Shown here piece by piece: positions 1-12,560 of a DNA stretch of 64,000 bases (the stretch's first letter is position 1; every line of letters starts with the position of its first letter). This DNA comes from Chrysomallon squamiferum (taxonomy: Eukaryota > Animalia > Mollusca): contig CM022674.1 of the NCBI GenBank assembly GCA_012295275.1, forward strand, positions 496,001 to 560,000, written 5' to 3'. A program made the translations under genes and the position numbers. Under the pieces are notes generated by a model. It was not told the DNA's origin and made no database searches. It worked only from the letters and a program-made list of their open reading frames with translations.

Positions 1-249
1 CTAAATTAATAATATATAAAAAGAAATATATATATATATTTATATATTTATTTTGTTTTGCATTGTTTTTTGTTTTTATTTGTTTCATTTTTCCCCCTTC
101 TTTTTATTTTAAAGTTTGATATATCAGATCAAAGTAGCACAACTCAATCTAATGAAGACCTGACCAGGTTTTCAAAAGCACATAAACCAGTTTTAATCGA
201 TAGTAACGCCTTATGGTACCTTTTCATACTGCCAGTCCTTTTTTTTTTT

Positions 250-385
250 CTTTAATAATTGACGTCACTTTGATGAGCCAATCACAACATACTTACTATC
301 GAGAGACGTGTGGCAGACGTAGACGATCACGGGAAGGGAAAATACGACAATGATCTGTCAAACATGTCATTTTTACAGTAAGTTG
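250..385. promoter_or_regulatory. Promoter-like CpG patch (CRE 260-267, CCAAT box ~278-282) of an unidentified neighbouring transcript
   Basis: Motifs and local CpG enrichment only. Confidence 0.3.
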
Positions 386-966
386 ATTAATCTGACAAAC
401 ATATTGGTAATTTTTCTTCTTTTTTTTTGTTCTTGTTAGCATGTCTCATGCAGTCATATTTTTCGCAGTCAACTTTTACGTTTTCATTTATTTGTTTTGT
501 TATTCAGTTGAAGTACTGACAAACACTGTACATAATAGTAATTATTATTTATAGAACAACAACAACAACATTATTATTATTATTAAAGTCGTTGTTATAA
601 TATAGTCAAATTTTCTCGGGATTTTCTAGGATTTGTTCTTTTAACATTTGTAAAAAAATGACTAAAAAGGTTACATAGTTTAGCTTGTCAAATTACCTTT
701 TTTTTTTTTTTTTTTTTTTTCTTTTTTTGTTCTTGTTTTTTGTTATTATTATTATTAATTTTTTTAAGTCGTCCACGACGCACCTAGAATTGGCTTAAAT
801 AAAATATATATCTTAAGATATTAATTCAAATAATTTACAATATTTCTATACTTTTTTTTATTTCTTATTCATTTATTTCGATGATTTATTTATTTATTTC
901 TGAATTATAATTAATATATTCGTTTTACTTTATAAATTTGTGATACCCTACTGAATACACTGTTCA

Positions 967-1244
967 TTAGTTAACAAAATCCACGGAATTTTTTTGTTTT
1001 AATCTTTGGAAACATAATTCTAAGAAACATATCAAATATTCTCTTGCATGAATATAACAAAATATCTATCAGTTAAAAGCAGACTAGAATTTAGTGGCAG
1101 TTGGTTTTTCTTTTTAACTTCTTCAAATAGGATTTCCAAACTAAGATCTCTCAGACTAATGCTTCAAAATCATTATTGGAAGATAAAATAGGGGGGCAGT
1201 TGTCCAAGGGGCAATTGTCCTAGAATCCTAATGCTTATCTAACA
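967..1244 (+). repeat. Copy 1 of a diverged ~200-bp local direct duplication (partner 4029-4211), carrying an extra 63-bp insertion
   Basis: Collinear shared blocks GTTAACAAA..TCCAC, CTTGCATG, GTTAAAAGCAGACTAGAAT, GGATTTCCAA, AGACTAATGC.TATCTAACA. Confidence 0.85.
1156..1236. mobile_element. Small insertion (1165-1227) flanked by a 9-bp direct repeat CTAATGCTT; probable transposon fragment
   Basis: CTAATGCTT at 1156-1164 and 1228-1236; the paralogous site at ~4195 has one copy; internal GGGGCA(G/A)TTGTCC occurs twice. Confidence 0.55.
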
Positions 1245-2462
1245 GTTTAAAGATATTTCATGCAACATAAATATTAATGAGTCCATAATACTTTTTTCTT
1301 TTTCTTAATTAACATTTTGAACGATTGTAAGATTGAATGAATGAATGTGTAATAACGTAACTCATTTTAAATTGCTTCTGTCTTTCATCAACAGCAAGAC
1401 ATTTTTTTTGTACTCATTCATGCTGACATTAAAATACAAAGGCTGTTATAGCCTTTGGAAAATGCCAGTTATAAAACTTCCACAGCATAAAAATTATGCA
1501 TCTCCTCAATATCATGATATCTGTATATGAAACACTTAATTAATGATGATGATGATGATACAGACACTAAATAAAAGAAATAAGCAAGAACACAAGACAT
1601 TTTCAACAAATTTACTAACAGAAACAAATTAATAATTAAAAACATTTCATCATTATAATGATATATATATAGATATATATCTTGTTCTTTTGTTCTTTAC
1701 AATGACATTAGAAAGATTGTTCCAAACATTCAGATTATATTTAATTTTGTAATACATAATACTACTGTCTTAAACAGTTAATTTTTTTTTTATTTGATCC
1801 TTAAGAAGAAAGCTTGCTGGGTAAGGTAAAATTAAAAAAAGAAAACTAACATTAGTTGTTGTTTTAGTTTTTAAAATCATTTATATCAGTATATAAAATT
1901 AGGAAAATAATATTAAATATATTTTTATATTTATTATTTTATTTTTTATTTTTTTATTGAGGGTTTTTTTTTTTTAGTTTGTTTTTTTTCCTTTTTTGGT
2001 TCTGGACCAAATTTTTATTATTTTTCTTCTTCATCCCCCCCCCTTGTTATGGATTTTTGAAAAGAAACATTTTTTTTTTCCAGAAAATATATAATTGGTT
2101 TTTTGTTTTTGTTTGTTTTTATTTCATTTAAAGATCTTTTATTATTTATCCATCATAATTTAATAAATAAAATAAATTAATAAATTAATAATAGTTGGTT
2201 TATATATAAAATGCATGACTATTAAATGGATGGACTGGACAATAAAAATGTAAATAAATAAAATTATTGTAATAAATAAATAAATAAATGAATTCAAATG
2301 AAATCAAAAGAGATTCTTCACAGAGTAGAAAAAAAAGAAAACTAAAAGAAAAAAAAAAAAAGAAAATTAAATAAGACCTATATCCTTTTTCTTCTCCATA
2401 TATAATTATAATAAAATATTTATCGGCTATAAAATGAATCCAAAAGGAGATTTCATTCACAA

Positions 2463-2503
<41 letters not shown>

Positions 2504-3402
2504 AAAATTATACTTTCATGCTGAAGTATTAATGTGAAAATTTATAAAGACTTTTTTATTGTCTAAATAGACATGACCTCTGTTAAAACTGCAGACGCCT
2601 CATATTTTTAATAATAATAATAATAATATTTTTGTAATACATATCAGGGCAGAGGATCATTATGCAAAACATTATTTTGATTTGTTTTTAGTTAAAACAA
2701 TAATAACAAATATCAGATAAAAACATTGAAAACAAAATCTGGTAAATTCTTTCTTAACATGTTTCCTCCTTTTTTATTTCTTTTAAATATCTTAACATGA
2801 AGATAAATAATATATGGATACTTATTCACCACATCCCAGTTAATTCATATCAGTTTTATAAGTTTTTCTACTTTAAAACAGAAAGAATTCAAAAATAAAT
2901 AAATAAATAAGTATATAAATAAAAAACAAAGATGAGAGATAATTCTGTTGAAACAAAAATTACTTATCTGTGTATTTTTGTGATTGTCTGATTTTGATTA
3001 AGTGACAGTATTGAATGAAATATATTTAGTATAAAAATTTGTAACATTTTGTTTTCGTATTAGACTTGTTTGAATGTTTATCAATGGGAAATGAAAAAGA
3101 AAGTAAACACAGAAAAGAACAAAAATGATAACAAAATATTAAATAAATATTGTTCTTATGTGCAAAAATATAAACAACCAAAGAAACAAAATGATGTAAT
3201 GACTACACAAGGAAAAGAAGCCAAACTAAAATTGAGGTAGTAAGAATATGAAACATGCAAGGGAAATAACTTATGCCAGAATCTTTAAGTAATATCAGAG
3301 TTACCTTATCATAACTTGTTTATTACAAAACATAGTAACTGGAGTATCTAGTTTTAACAAGTCAAATTTTTGTAATCTGTGATTTGAAATAATAGTAATA
3401 AC

Positions 3403-3433
<31 letters not shown>

Positions 3434-3859
3434 CATTTAGGATTTTTGGTAAAGATGCTAAAGCACTATAAAGTCATGTGTATTTAAAACATTTCACAGC
3501 ACCTATTTATTTATAACTCTTTATACTCGGTAAATTTGTTTGTTGTAGGAGTTAATTATTATTATTTTTTATTTTATTTTGGACACACATGTTAAAGTAT
3601 ACAAATTTAGAAAGGGTAAACTAAAAATTATCATTATCAGTAAATAATAATAATTCATTAAAAACAGGGTGGGGAATAAATTAAAAACAAAATTAAATAA
3701 GGCATGTAAATGAAATACATGAAGTTAAGCAATGATTTTAAAGCTTTTCAAATGTGATTAAAATAGGTTTTCTGTATTTTATTACTTCACCACATCCCCT
3801 GAAACAAACAAACAAACCAAAAAAAAAAAAAAAAAAAAAAAAAAAAGAAATAATAAAAA

Positions 3860-3895
<36 letters not shown>

Positions 3896-4028
3896 TAAAC
3901 ATAAATAAAGAAATAATCATAAATTTTATTTCTTTAAATAAAAATTAGAAATAACCAATATATATTATTTCTTATTATTATTACTGTTTTTACCACATTA
4001 TTAAAAAAAGGTCTGAACCTAGATTTAC

Positions 4029-4211
4029 TTGGTTAACAAATCCACAGATGTTTTTATAACCTTTTGTCTTGCATGTACATAACAAATAAATAATAATAAT
4101 AATAAAATATTTCTGTTAAAAGCAGACTAGAATGTAATGGCACTTGGATTTTCTTGTAAACTCTTAAAATGGGATTTCCAACTAAGGTCTAAGACTAATG
4201 CCTATCTAACA
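4029..4211 (+). repeat. Copy 2 of the local duplication (empty-site version)
   Basis: Same collinear blocks as 967-1244, without the insertion. Confidence 0.85.
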
Positions 4212-6659
4212 AATATAGGCTCACACAATATGTTGAAGTTTATCTTTTAAAAATGCACGTGATAATGTATGAGACATTTAAAAAAACTTTTTTTTTTAAT
4301 AAATTCTCAATTTTCAACAGAAACAAGTACTAGTCAGCCTTTAATATTTGTTTTTTGCAGCCATTTATAGTTTTTATTTGTTTATAGCTTAACGTTTGTT
4401 AAAGACTTTAACTTAAAAAAAAAAAAAATGTTATGAACTTTGAACATTAATTAAGCATAATTTTTCAGAACAAGCCTCCATTTTTACTGATACTAAAGAG
4501 AGAAAAAATTTAAAAATTATTAAGCACCTAAAACTATCTCATTGTATTCTCTTGTGATTTTTATTCTTACATTCTTAGCTAATTTTGCAATGACACTTCT
4601 GATTGATTTTTAAAGCTTTGCCATCCATCTTTGCTTAAAAAACTTTGGAAACTCCTGCATTAAAACAATATTTTTAAATTGCTGTTTAATTTGAATCATA
4701 ACGTATATTAATTATATTAACACACCTTTTTGTTTTCTTAATAGATTTAGAACCAACCAAACAAACAAACAAATAAATAAATGAAAATAATGACTAATCC
4801 AATTATCAAAAATAAAATACACAAAATATTACACAAAAAATGAACAAACAATGAGAAATGTTGACATAAATATATAAATTTGATTAATCCTGAGTATCCA
4901 GTGTTGTTCTAACTTTAAATCACCTTGGCCCCATATATGAAATTAAAAAAAAAAAAAAAAAAAAACACCCCGAAAAGACCAACAAAAAAATACAACTTCT
5001 AATAGTAGAGTTGAAAGAAAAAGAAATGAATATTGTTAATTTAAAATAGCACAGATTCAGAATAAAGATATGAAATAAATAAATTTCTTCTGAAAATGTA
5101 GAACAACCATAATTTTATTTTATTTTTTGTATTATTATGATTTTATTTTGTTTTCACAAAAATGTATTAAAAAAAAAAAATATTAATAATAATAAAATAA
5201 AAAAATATTTATAAATATTTGTTGCATTTCTGTTCCAATAAAAATATTTTGCAAATAGATCCTCTTCAGCTCATTTGTATAAATCTTTGAATGTCTATTT
5301 ATAATTAATTACCTTTCATGACATAAACCAATTTCAAAATATACTATAGTTTTCTTGTTATATTTTACTTCCATTATTATCTGTTAAAATATGTACACAT
5401 TAATGAGATTAAAATATTTATAAACCTGAAAGACTTTTTTGATATTCAACCTGGCAAAAACATTTTTAAAAAGAGTCTTATATAAGTTTATAATTTCATC
5501 TTTTTCTTCTTCTTTCTTCCTTCTTTCTCTTCTTTTCTTGACTTTGTTTCATAGAGGTTCACAGTTTGTTTAAAACTAATCCCTGAATTTCCATTTAGTT
5601 TCATTTACAAAAAAAAAAAAAAAAAAAAAATACAGTTCACTGTTTATTAGCTTTCTTTCTGAAAGTGTTTTTTGAGAAATAACTGCAAATAGCTGATGAA
5701 CATTTGTCTTTTCTTTATTAACTTGAGTGTATTTCAAGGTAGAAAAGTTTTAAAAGTCTTTGATAATAAAATATTCAGTGTTTCAGAATAACAGCTTTTC
5801 CAGAAAATAAGCAGTGGGGGAAAATTATTCCAGTCTTTATAAATTAAGAAAAAAAAAAAAGTAGAATAAAATAAAATAAAATAAAATAAAATCATAATAA
5901 AATAAAATAAAATAAAATAAATAAATGAAATTAAATAAAAAGGGGTATCAACTTTATAGAAAACAGAATCTTATCCAATACTGATTGCACAAGAGTAAAA
6001 CATTTTATTAAGACAATCCAGTTTTATCTTAAGACACACATTATTCACCATGATAACTTCCAGTCCTGCTAGAATGTTCCCATGGCTTACACTATAAATT
6101 AATATCTTTCTTTTATTATTTATTTAGGATTGCCAAATATCTTCAGAACATTTTTCTTTCATTAATTCTAATATTTCATTTTTTCTTTCAAAAAATAAAC
6201 ATTACTTTAAAGTTTCTTACATAGAAGAAATTTTTTTATCTTTTTTTTTTTATCAAATAGCATATCAGTTTCTTTGAGCTGAATTTTGCTTGTAAACATT
6301 CAGTAGTAAACATTCCATCTTGTAAATATTCACTAGAAAAATTCTATTCAGCCATTTTAAAACTTTTAATTCACTAAATTCGTCATAAATCTCAAAATTG
6401 GAATTTAAAAAATTCAAAACCATTCTGTTATATCAATAATTGAGCCTCTTTCTTTAAACCTACTCCACTGAAAATATCACATCAACTTAGTTAACAAGTC
6501 CTCTTAACGTTTATCATTCTGAAAACACAATCTTTCCTAACAATGAACTTTAACCATGTAAACACAAAGCGTTGTATTAATCTTTGTTTAAATTAAAATA
6601 ACAAATTATTTCACCTTTCATTCTCCTTTCTAACTCATCACAACTTCTTAAACACATTA

Positions 6660-7135
6660 TTTTAGCTCCTGATTTCAGTCCTCATAGAAATTCCTAACTT
6701 TCAGTGCTCATCACAGCTCATGCAAAATGTTTAGCTTAAAACCGATCTCCTTCAATTTAATTTTCTCACCAATACAGTGTCATAACAGCTCTTGCCAAAT
6801 GTGTAATTTCAAATATATCTCCCAGTTTACAATACCATCACAGTTCTTATTTTAAAATGTCTCCCTCACTTTATTTTTTTTCCTTTAGAATTTTGGCAAC
6901 ACCATAGCTCTTACAAATTAATTAATCTAAAATCTGCTTCCTTCAATTTCTTTTCTTTTCTCAAGATTCTCCTGTCAGCTGTTAACAAATACTTGATTTA
7001 AAATCTGTGTCCTTCAAGTACAATTTTTTCTCTCTCAAAATTCCAGTCCTCACAGGAGCTACTGAGTATTTTAAAATATCCATCAGTTTCATTTTTCTCA
7101 AGATTTCAGTTCTCACATCAGCTCCCATCAAATGC
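6660..7135. repeat. Degenerate tandem repeat (~65-80 bp units) just after the PDE9 stop codon
   Basis: Recurrent CTCAAGATT/TTCAGT(C/T)CTCA..CAGCTC..TTTAAAAT..CCTTCAA blocks, about six copies. Confidence 0.55.
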
Positions 7136-7176
7136 TTTTTTTTCCTTCCATTTCTGTTTTGTTCCTGTTTTTACTG

Positions 7177-7329
7177 CTATGTCTGTATTTTCCCATTTAC
7201 CTGATTTGTAATACCATTGTGTTTGTTCACTCCATTGGGATTATCCTTTTTCCTTTTCTCTTCCTCCAATGCCTTTTGCATGTCTGTGTAATAGTCCAGA
7301 GCTTTTCTAACTGGAGTGATTATGTGAGG
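7177..7329 (-). CDS. PDE9A: PDE9 terminal coding exon 13 (PHIITPVRKALDYYTDMQKALEEEKRKKDNPNGVNKHNGITNQVNGKIQT*)
   Basis: Acceptor CCTTACAG|; open for 50 codons to TAG at 7177-7179. An internal CAG|GTAAAT at 7201/7200 could allow a different end. Confidence 0.85.
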   Translation of the reverse strand, partial: PHIITPVRKALDYYTDMQKALEEEKRKKDNPNGVNKHNGITNQVNGKIQT

Positions 7330-7622
7330 CTGTAAGGTAAAATATGTATTATAAAATTATCAACTTACTGAATATTTTAATGATAATCAGAAATGTATTT
7401 AAATACTGTGTGTGTTTTACATTACAGTATTTTAAAAGACATTTCAGATTATATTTCATATATAATTATATTTATCAGAACAAATTTCTCTTGGCTGATA
7501 GGCATTTTAATCATCTATGCAATCATTTAATCTGCTTGAAGTGGTTATTTCTGTTACCTCAATATGATGCATTTCATGAATGTAAAATAGCATTAAATTT
7601 ATTTTACATTATCACAGCTTAC

Positions 7623-7769
7623 CTCAAGTTTGGGGAAGAGAATTCCAAGGGCTTCAAACAAAGGTAAAAGCACAAATTTAATAAAACCAATCTGTGAAGA
7701 AGGCTTTGTGACTTTTTCTCTGTCCATGAATGGAGCAACAGGCAAACCTTCCAATTTCTCCAAATCACT
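7623..7769 (-). CDS. PDE9A: PDE9 coding exon 12 ([49 protein letters not shown])
   Basis: Contains the invariant substrate Gln and clamp Phe (QIGF); 147 nt, phase 0/0; donor GAG|GTAAGC. Confidence 0.97.
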
Positions 7770-10013
7770 CTGTGGAAATCAAACAAATAATTAGTTACAC
7801 AAATAAATATATGACAGTATGAAACTAAAAATCAAAACCAACATAAAATCATTTTATTTACAACTTATATTGAAAATAATTGTTTGATGATGATATTTTT
7901 TAATTTAAAATATATGTGCTAATTTAATTATTTGTGAATTAATATATTAATTATTTACTTAATTTTTTTTAAAAAGCATGACTTATGTTAATATAAGATT
8001 ATACTAAAATAATGCAGCTCTTTAATATAGCTTGATTTTTTAAATTTTTTTATTATTATTATTGTTACTGTTATTGTTGTTGTTATTATTTCTGTCTAAT
8101 TTTAAAAATCAAAATTCTTAACACTAGTTATATACTTACAAATATAATATTTTTTAAAACAATATATAAAACTAACAAATCAGTGTTTTAATAAAACAAA
8201 CATGCAGAAACAAAACAACAAGTGAAAAAACACATAATATTAAATAAATAAAGTAATGGTATTATGAGTATGTAACAAATTCTGTTAATGACATAAAACA
8301 GTAAAAATGCAATTAGGATGTACCAAACTAAAACTTTCTGGTTGTTGTTTTTTTGGTTGATATAGTAAATTAGAAATACAAGGAAGAAAAATAAGGAAAT
8401 GAGACTTATTTTCATCTCGAGCTAATACAAAACTGACACGTTTATTTGTCTTAAGATACAAGACTGAATGAATAAATGCTTAATATTAACACTATTTATT
8501 TATTTATTATTATTTTTTCTGAAGTTACATTGTTAGTGTTTCTGCTAGAACAAATCTTAAATTTTTTTAAATTTTTTGACTGATTTTGTTATGTGAGGTG
8601 TCTTCTGTTTTTTGAGTATATAACAGTATATCCTCAAGACTGCAAATATTGTCATAAAGCTTCATTTTGATTTGATTTGAAATTTCAGATACTGCATTTA
8701 TGGACAACTGGAAAAAGAGGGACAAACTATCTGGCCAGTCATTAGCACTAATAAACTATAAATAAAGAAACATTTTTTTTTTAAAGAAACCAAAAAACCT
8801 ATTTTTCAATAAAATTCATGTAAGTAGGCCATTAGCCAGATGATAGTGTCATAATACATATTTTTTATTTTGCTGATCAGTTGCTCATTAAGTAAATTTC
8901 AACTCATTGTGGTCATGATAATCACTCTACATTCACCCAGTACAGTGGATATTTATATAGTTTTTATAAATTCCTTTAGAACTGAATCTGATATACTTGG
9001 TTATTCTCTAAGTTTTTAAGATTTAAAATTATTTTTGATTCAAACATTTTTTAAATATTTTAATTTCAGGTCCCTGATATTCTCAGTTGTGTCTTAGGGT
9101 ACAACATTTCATCCTTGCTATTATTTCAGGAAAATAAATGCTTTTATGTTTTGATTGATGACAGTAACAGAAAGTTATTAGCAGTAAGGGATATTTCATT
9201 ATGAGCAGGACATGCAACAGAATTCATAAATCAGTTGTAATCCAGTGGTTATAAGGGGGATGACATATGCAAATGACTGACCTGGCATATCTGAAAATGA
9301 GTATGTCCCATCAGAAAATGTGGGATGCTTTCAGATACAACATATTAAAATGTAAAACACAGGATCAAAAAATAATTCTTGTTTATTTTTCAGTTGTAGT
9401 CATACTTTTTTACAGCTATTGAAGAAAAACGGCACATTAAAAAATAGTATTAATAATTCTGAATTGAAACATATATTTTGTTCATGTATTTTTTAAATTG
9501 ATTTAATTAGTTATTTATTATTATTATTATTTTGTTCTTTACGTTTAATAAATTTGTATCTTGCTTTATTTCAATAAACAGATGACAAAATTTTATAAAA
9601 TTTATTAAAATGAAAACATTAGAAAAACTGAAATTATATTCATAGGAGTCATTTTAACATTTAATGAAGCATATAGATAAAATATTTCACAAAACAAAGC
9701 ACACACTGAAAGGACAGTAATGTGTTTAATACTTTCTGTTATGATGGAGATTGTAGAGAGCTGATTTGATACTTATGTGATTCCTTTTCATAAAAATTGC
9801 ATGAAGCTAGCTTTAAACACCAAATGACAATGTGATTACTTTTCATTTATTTTTTTTTTATTTTTTTTAAATCTGAATGAAGAATATGCAAGTGATGCAG
9901 TTAATCCTTTTCATTAGGATGATGTTCACAAAATGATGAAGCAAGCTTAAAAGATGACAATGTGATTCCTTTTTGATATGATGATGATGATTGTTTTGGT
10001 TTTTTTCTTTTAC

Positions 10014-10118
10014 CTGATTGAAAAATTCCTGTAACAAACACTCTAGCCATGGCTCTGCTACTTCCATGGGTCTGCATTCATTGGAAATATCAGCCACTTT
10101 TATCAAAATCATCATAAG
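10014..10118 (-). CDS. PDE9A: PDE9 exon 11b ([35 protein letters not shown]), second tandem copy; probable mutually exclusive exon
   Basis: 105 nt, phase 0/0, open; acceptor TTTGTTTATCAG|, donor CAG|GTAAAA. Confidence 0.93.
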
Positions 10119-11432
10119 CTGATAAACAAACAAAACAAAATCAACAGTAAACAACAACAAAACGTATTAGTGCATGCAGATATCACTAGAGGAAACAAAC
10201 AAACAGAAAATAATAAGAATAATAATAATGACAAAAAGAATGGTAATGGTTAAGAATTAAGTAAACATTTTATTAAACTGTTAGAATAATAAAGTTATTA
10301 GATTCTTCTACCCAAAACCAAAATAACTGCCTTTAATGTCAGCCATTGTTAATAATGTTATACGTTTTCCATGCTACTAGAGTAAAATATTAAATTTATT
10401 TTATTTCTTCCTTTTTTTTTTTTTTTTTTTTTACATTTTAAAGAATTAATTAGAGTTTATATACTTATTTATTTATTTATTTATTTACTGTTTTGTTGAT
10501 GTTGTGGGAAAAAATGTTATTAATACTATTAATGCTATTGAAATTATATGCCAAAAAGAAACTTTTTTTATTGCGTTAAGTAATTTAAAAAAAAAAAAGA
10601 AGTAAAACAAGGCTTTAATTAATTCCAGTATAGAAAATAAATATTTAACAAAAACAAAACACTTTTGATAGCAATGAGGAAAGCTCTTGTTGAAAAACAA
10701 CATTAAATTTTAATAATTATTTAATATCAGCTTTAAACTACACTAACTCATTAATTAATTTATGAAGTGGCAATTTCAAAGATGTAAGAAACCAGAAAAA
10801 TTTATTCATTATTATTGTAGTTGTTGTTGTGTTATTGTTATTGTATTATTATTATTATTATTATTAAAGTAAGAAAGCCAGTGAAAAAAAGCAAACAAAA
10901 AAAAAAAAAAGCATATTTTTAAATGATTATTTTCAATGTAGTAATGTGAAAATGTGTTAAAACAGAAATGTGAAGACCACAAACAAAACCAAACGAGAAA
11001 AGAAAACCCATGCTAAGCATTCCACAACACAGAATCCTGGAGCAATCCCACCTGTTCAGTTCACTCTGTCCTGTGTGGTGTTAGGTTATTATAAAAACAA
11101 TTTTCATGCACAAATATTTTAACAAACAAAACAGGATGATCAAAATTAATATTTCTTCAAGCATTTTGTCTGACTATTATTGTCTGAGAAATTGTTTGAG
11201 TTATATAATCTTAAAATGTTTTGTTATTATAATTATTAGTAATAGTAGTAGTAGTAGTAGATTAAAATAAATACACTGATGCTAAAGTTAACCTTTCTGG
11301 CTTTTACACTCATCCATTTTGTTCACTAATTTAATACTAGTCTTTATAAATGATGCTTGAAGAAGTAGAAAGTTTTGATGCAGCCAGTGTCAGTGAAGCT
11401 CAACACACACGGTTCAAAACACTGAGTCAAAC

Positions 11433-11537
11433 CTGATTGAAAAATTCCTGCAACAAACAATCTACCCACGGGGCTGCTACATCTAACGGTCTCGCTTCAT
11501 TGGATATATCTGATACCTTCATGAGAATCATCATCAG
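11433..11537 (-). CDS. PDE9A: PDE9 exon 11a ([35 protein letters not shown]), first tandem copy; probable mutually exclusive exon
   Basis: 105 nt, phase 0/0, open; AG/GT present but weak (GGAAACTAG|, |GTTTGA). Not in the ORF track. Confidence 0.9.
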
Positions 11538-12242
11538 CTAGTTTCCATAGCAACGATAACAAAAAATTACATTGTAAGTACTGAAACAACCTTATTTTTT
11601 ATTTGAATTCATTATTTTATTACCTTAAATTTAATCTGTTTTTTTTTTTTTTTTTACCATGTTTATTATTATTTTTAATATTTATATTTATTTATTATTA
11701 TTATTATTTTCAATATTTATATTTATTTATTATTATTATTTTTTTATATATATTTGTTTCCTTCCAAACAATTTTCCATTGTTATTTCCCTTTAACTTGA
11801 TTTAATTATAAAATCCAAATCACCTCCTTTAGCAAAACCTTAAGTATTCCTCTTAGAAAGAACAGTGCTATGGATTTCAAGTAATCTCCCTTTGTAACAA
11901 AACTAATTAAGTGATTGATTGTTATTTCCCCTTGTCACATGTAAGTTGTGAATTGTAATTCATCTCCCTTTTTGTTACTGGAAACAGCAAAATATAAGTT
12001 AATTCAGTGCTACGAATTTGAAGTAATCTCCCTTTAACGAGGAATGTGAAATAATAGTTATTCCCTTTACAATGCAAATGCTCAGAATTTCATTAAATTT
12101 CATTTTTTGTAATAAAACTAGTTATTTTACCATATTATATTAAAGTATCATGTAACAGTTATACAGTCCAGTTTTACAAACTATGACTGATTATTTTTTG
12201 TTTTCTTATTTCTTATTTTTATTTATTTATTTTTAATTTATC

Positions 12243-12288
<46 letters not shown>

Positions 12289-12529
12289 TTAATTTTTTTT
12301 TTAAATTTTGGGAGGTCACTTCAAAGGTTTAGTAACACTAGCTGGATGGTCTTTGTGCATTATTAAATAATTATATTTTCAAGTAGGAGCAAATCTACAT
12401 GCATATATATTAATTCTACATTAGTTAAATTATCATTCTACTGTGTTACATCCAAACCCAAACACTGCTATATTCCATATTATTAATTTATTGAGAAAAA
12501 GAAAGAAGAAATTAAATGAAAAAAAGTAA

Positions 12530-12560
<31 letters not shown>

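Noticed and set aside
364-377. MSFL start reminiscent of a MOB1 first exon
   Set aside because: Only four codons, the fifth does not fit, and no further MOB1 exons are seen.
9282-9386. Possible third copy of exon 11 ending at the CAG|GTCAGT donor
   Set aside because: The frame upstream of the donor has no similarity to exon 11 and hits a stop.
11433-11537. Exon 11a as a dead pseudo-exon or assembly duplication
   Set aside because: Frame, length, key residues and GT-AG are intact despite 22 nt differences with many synonymous changes; flanks are unrelated to those of 11b.
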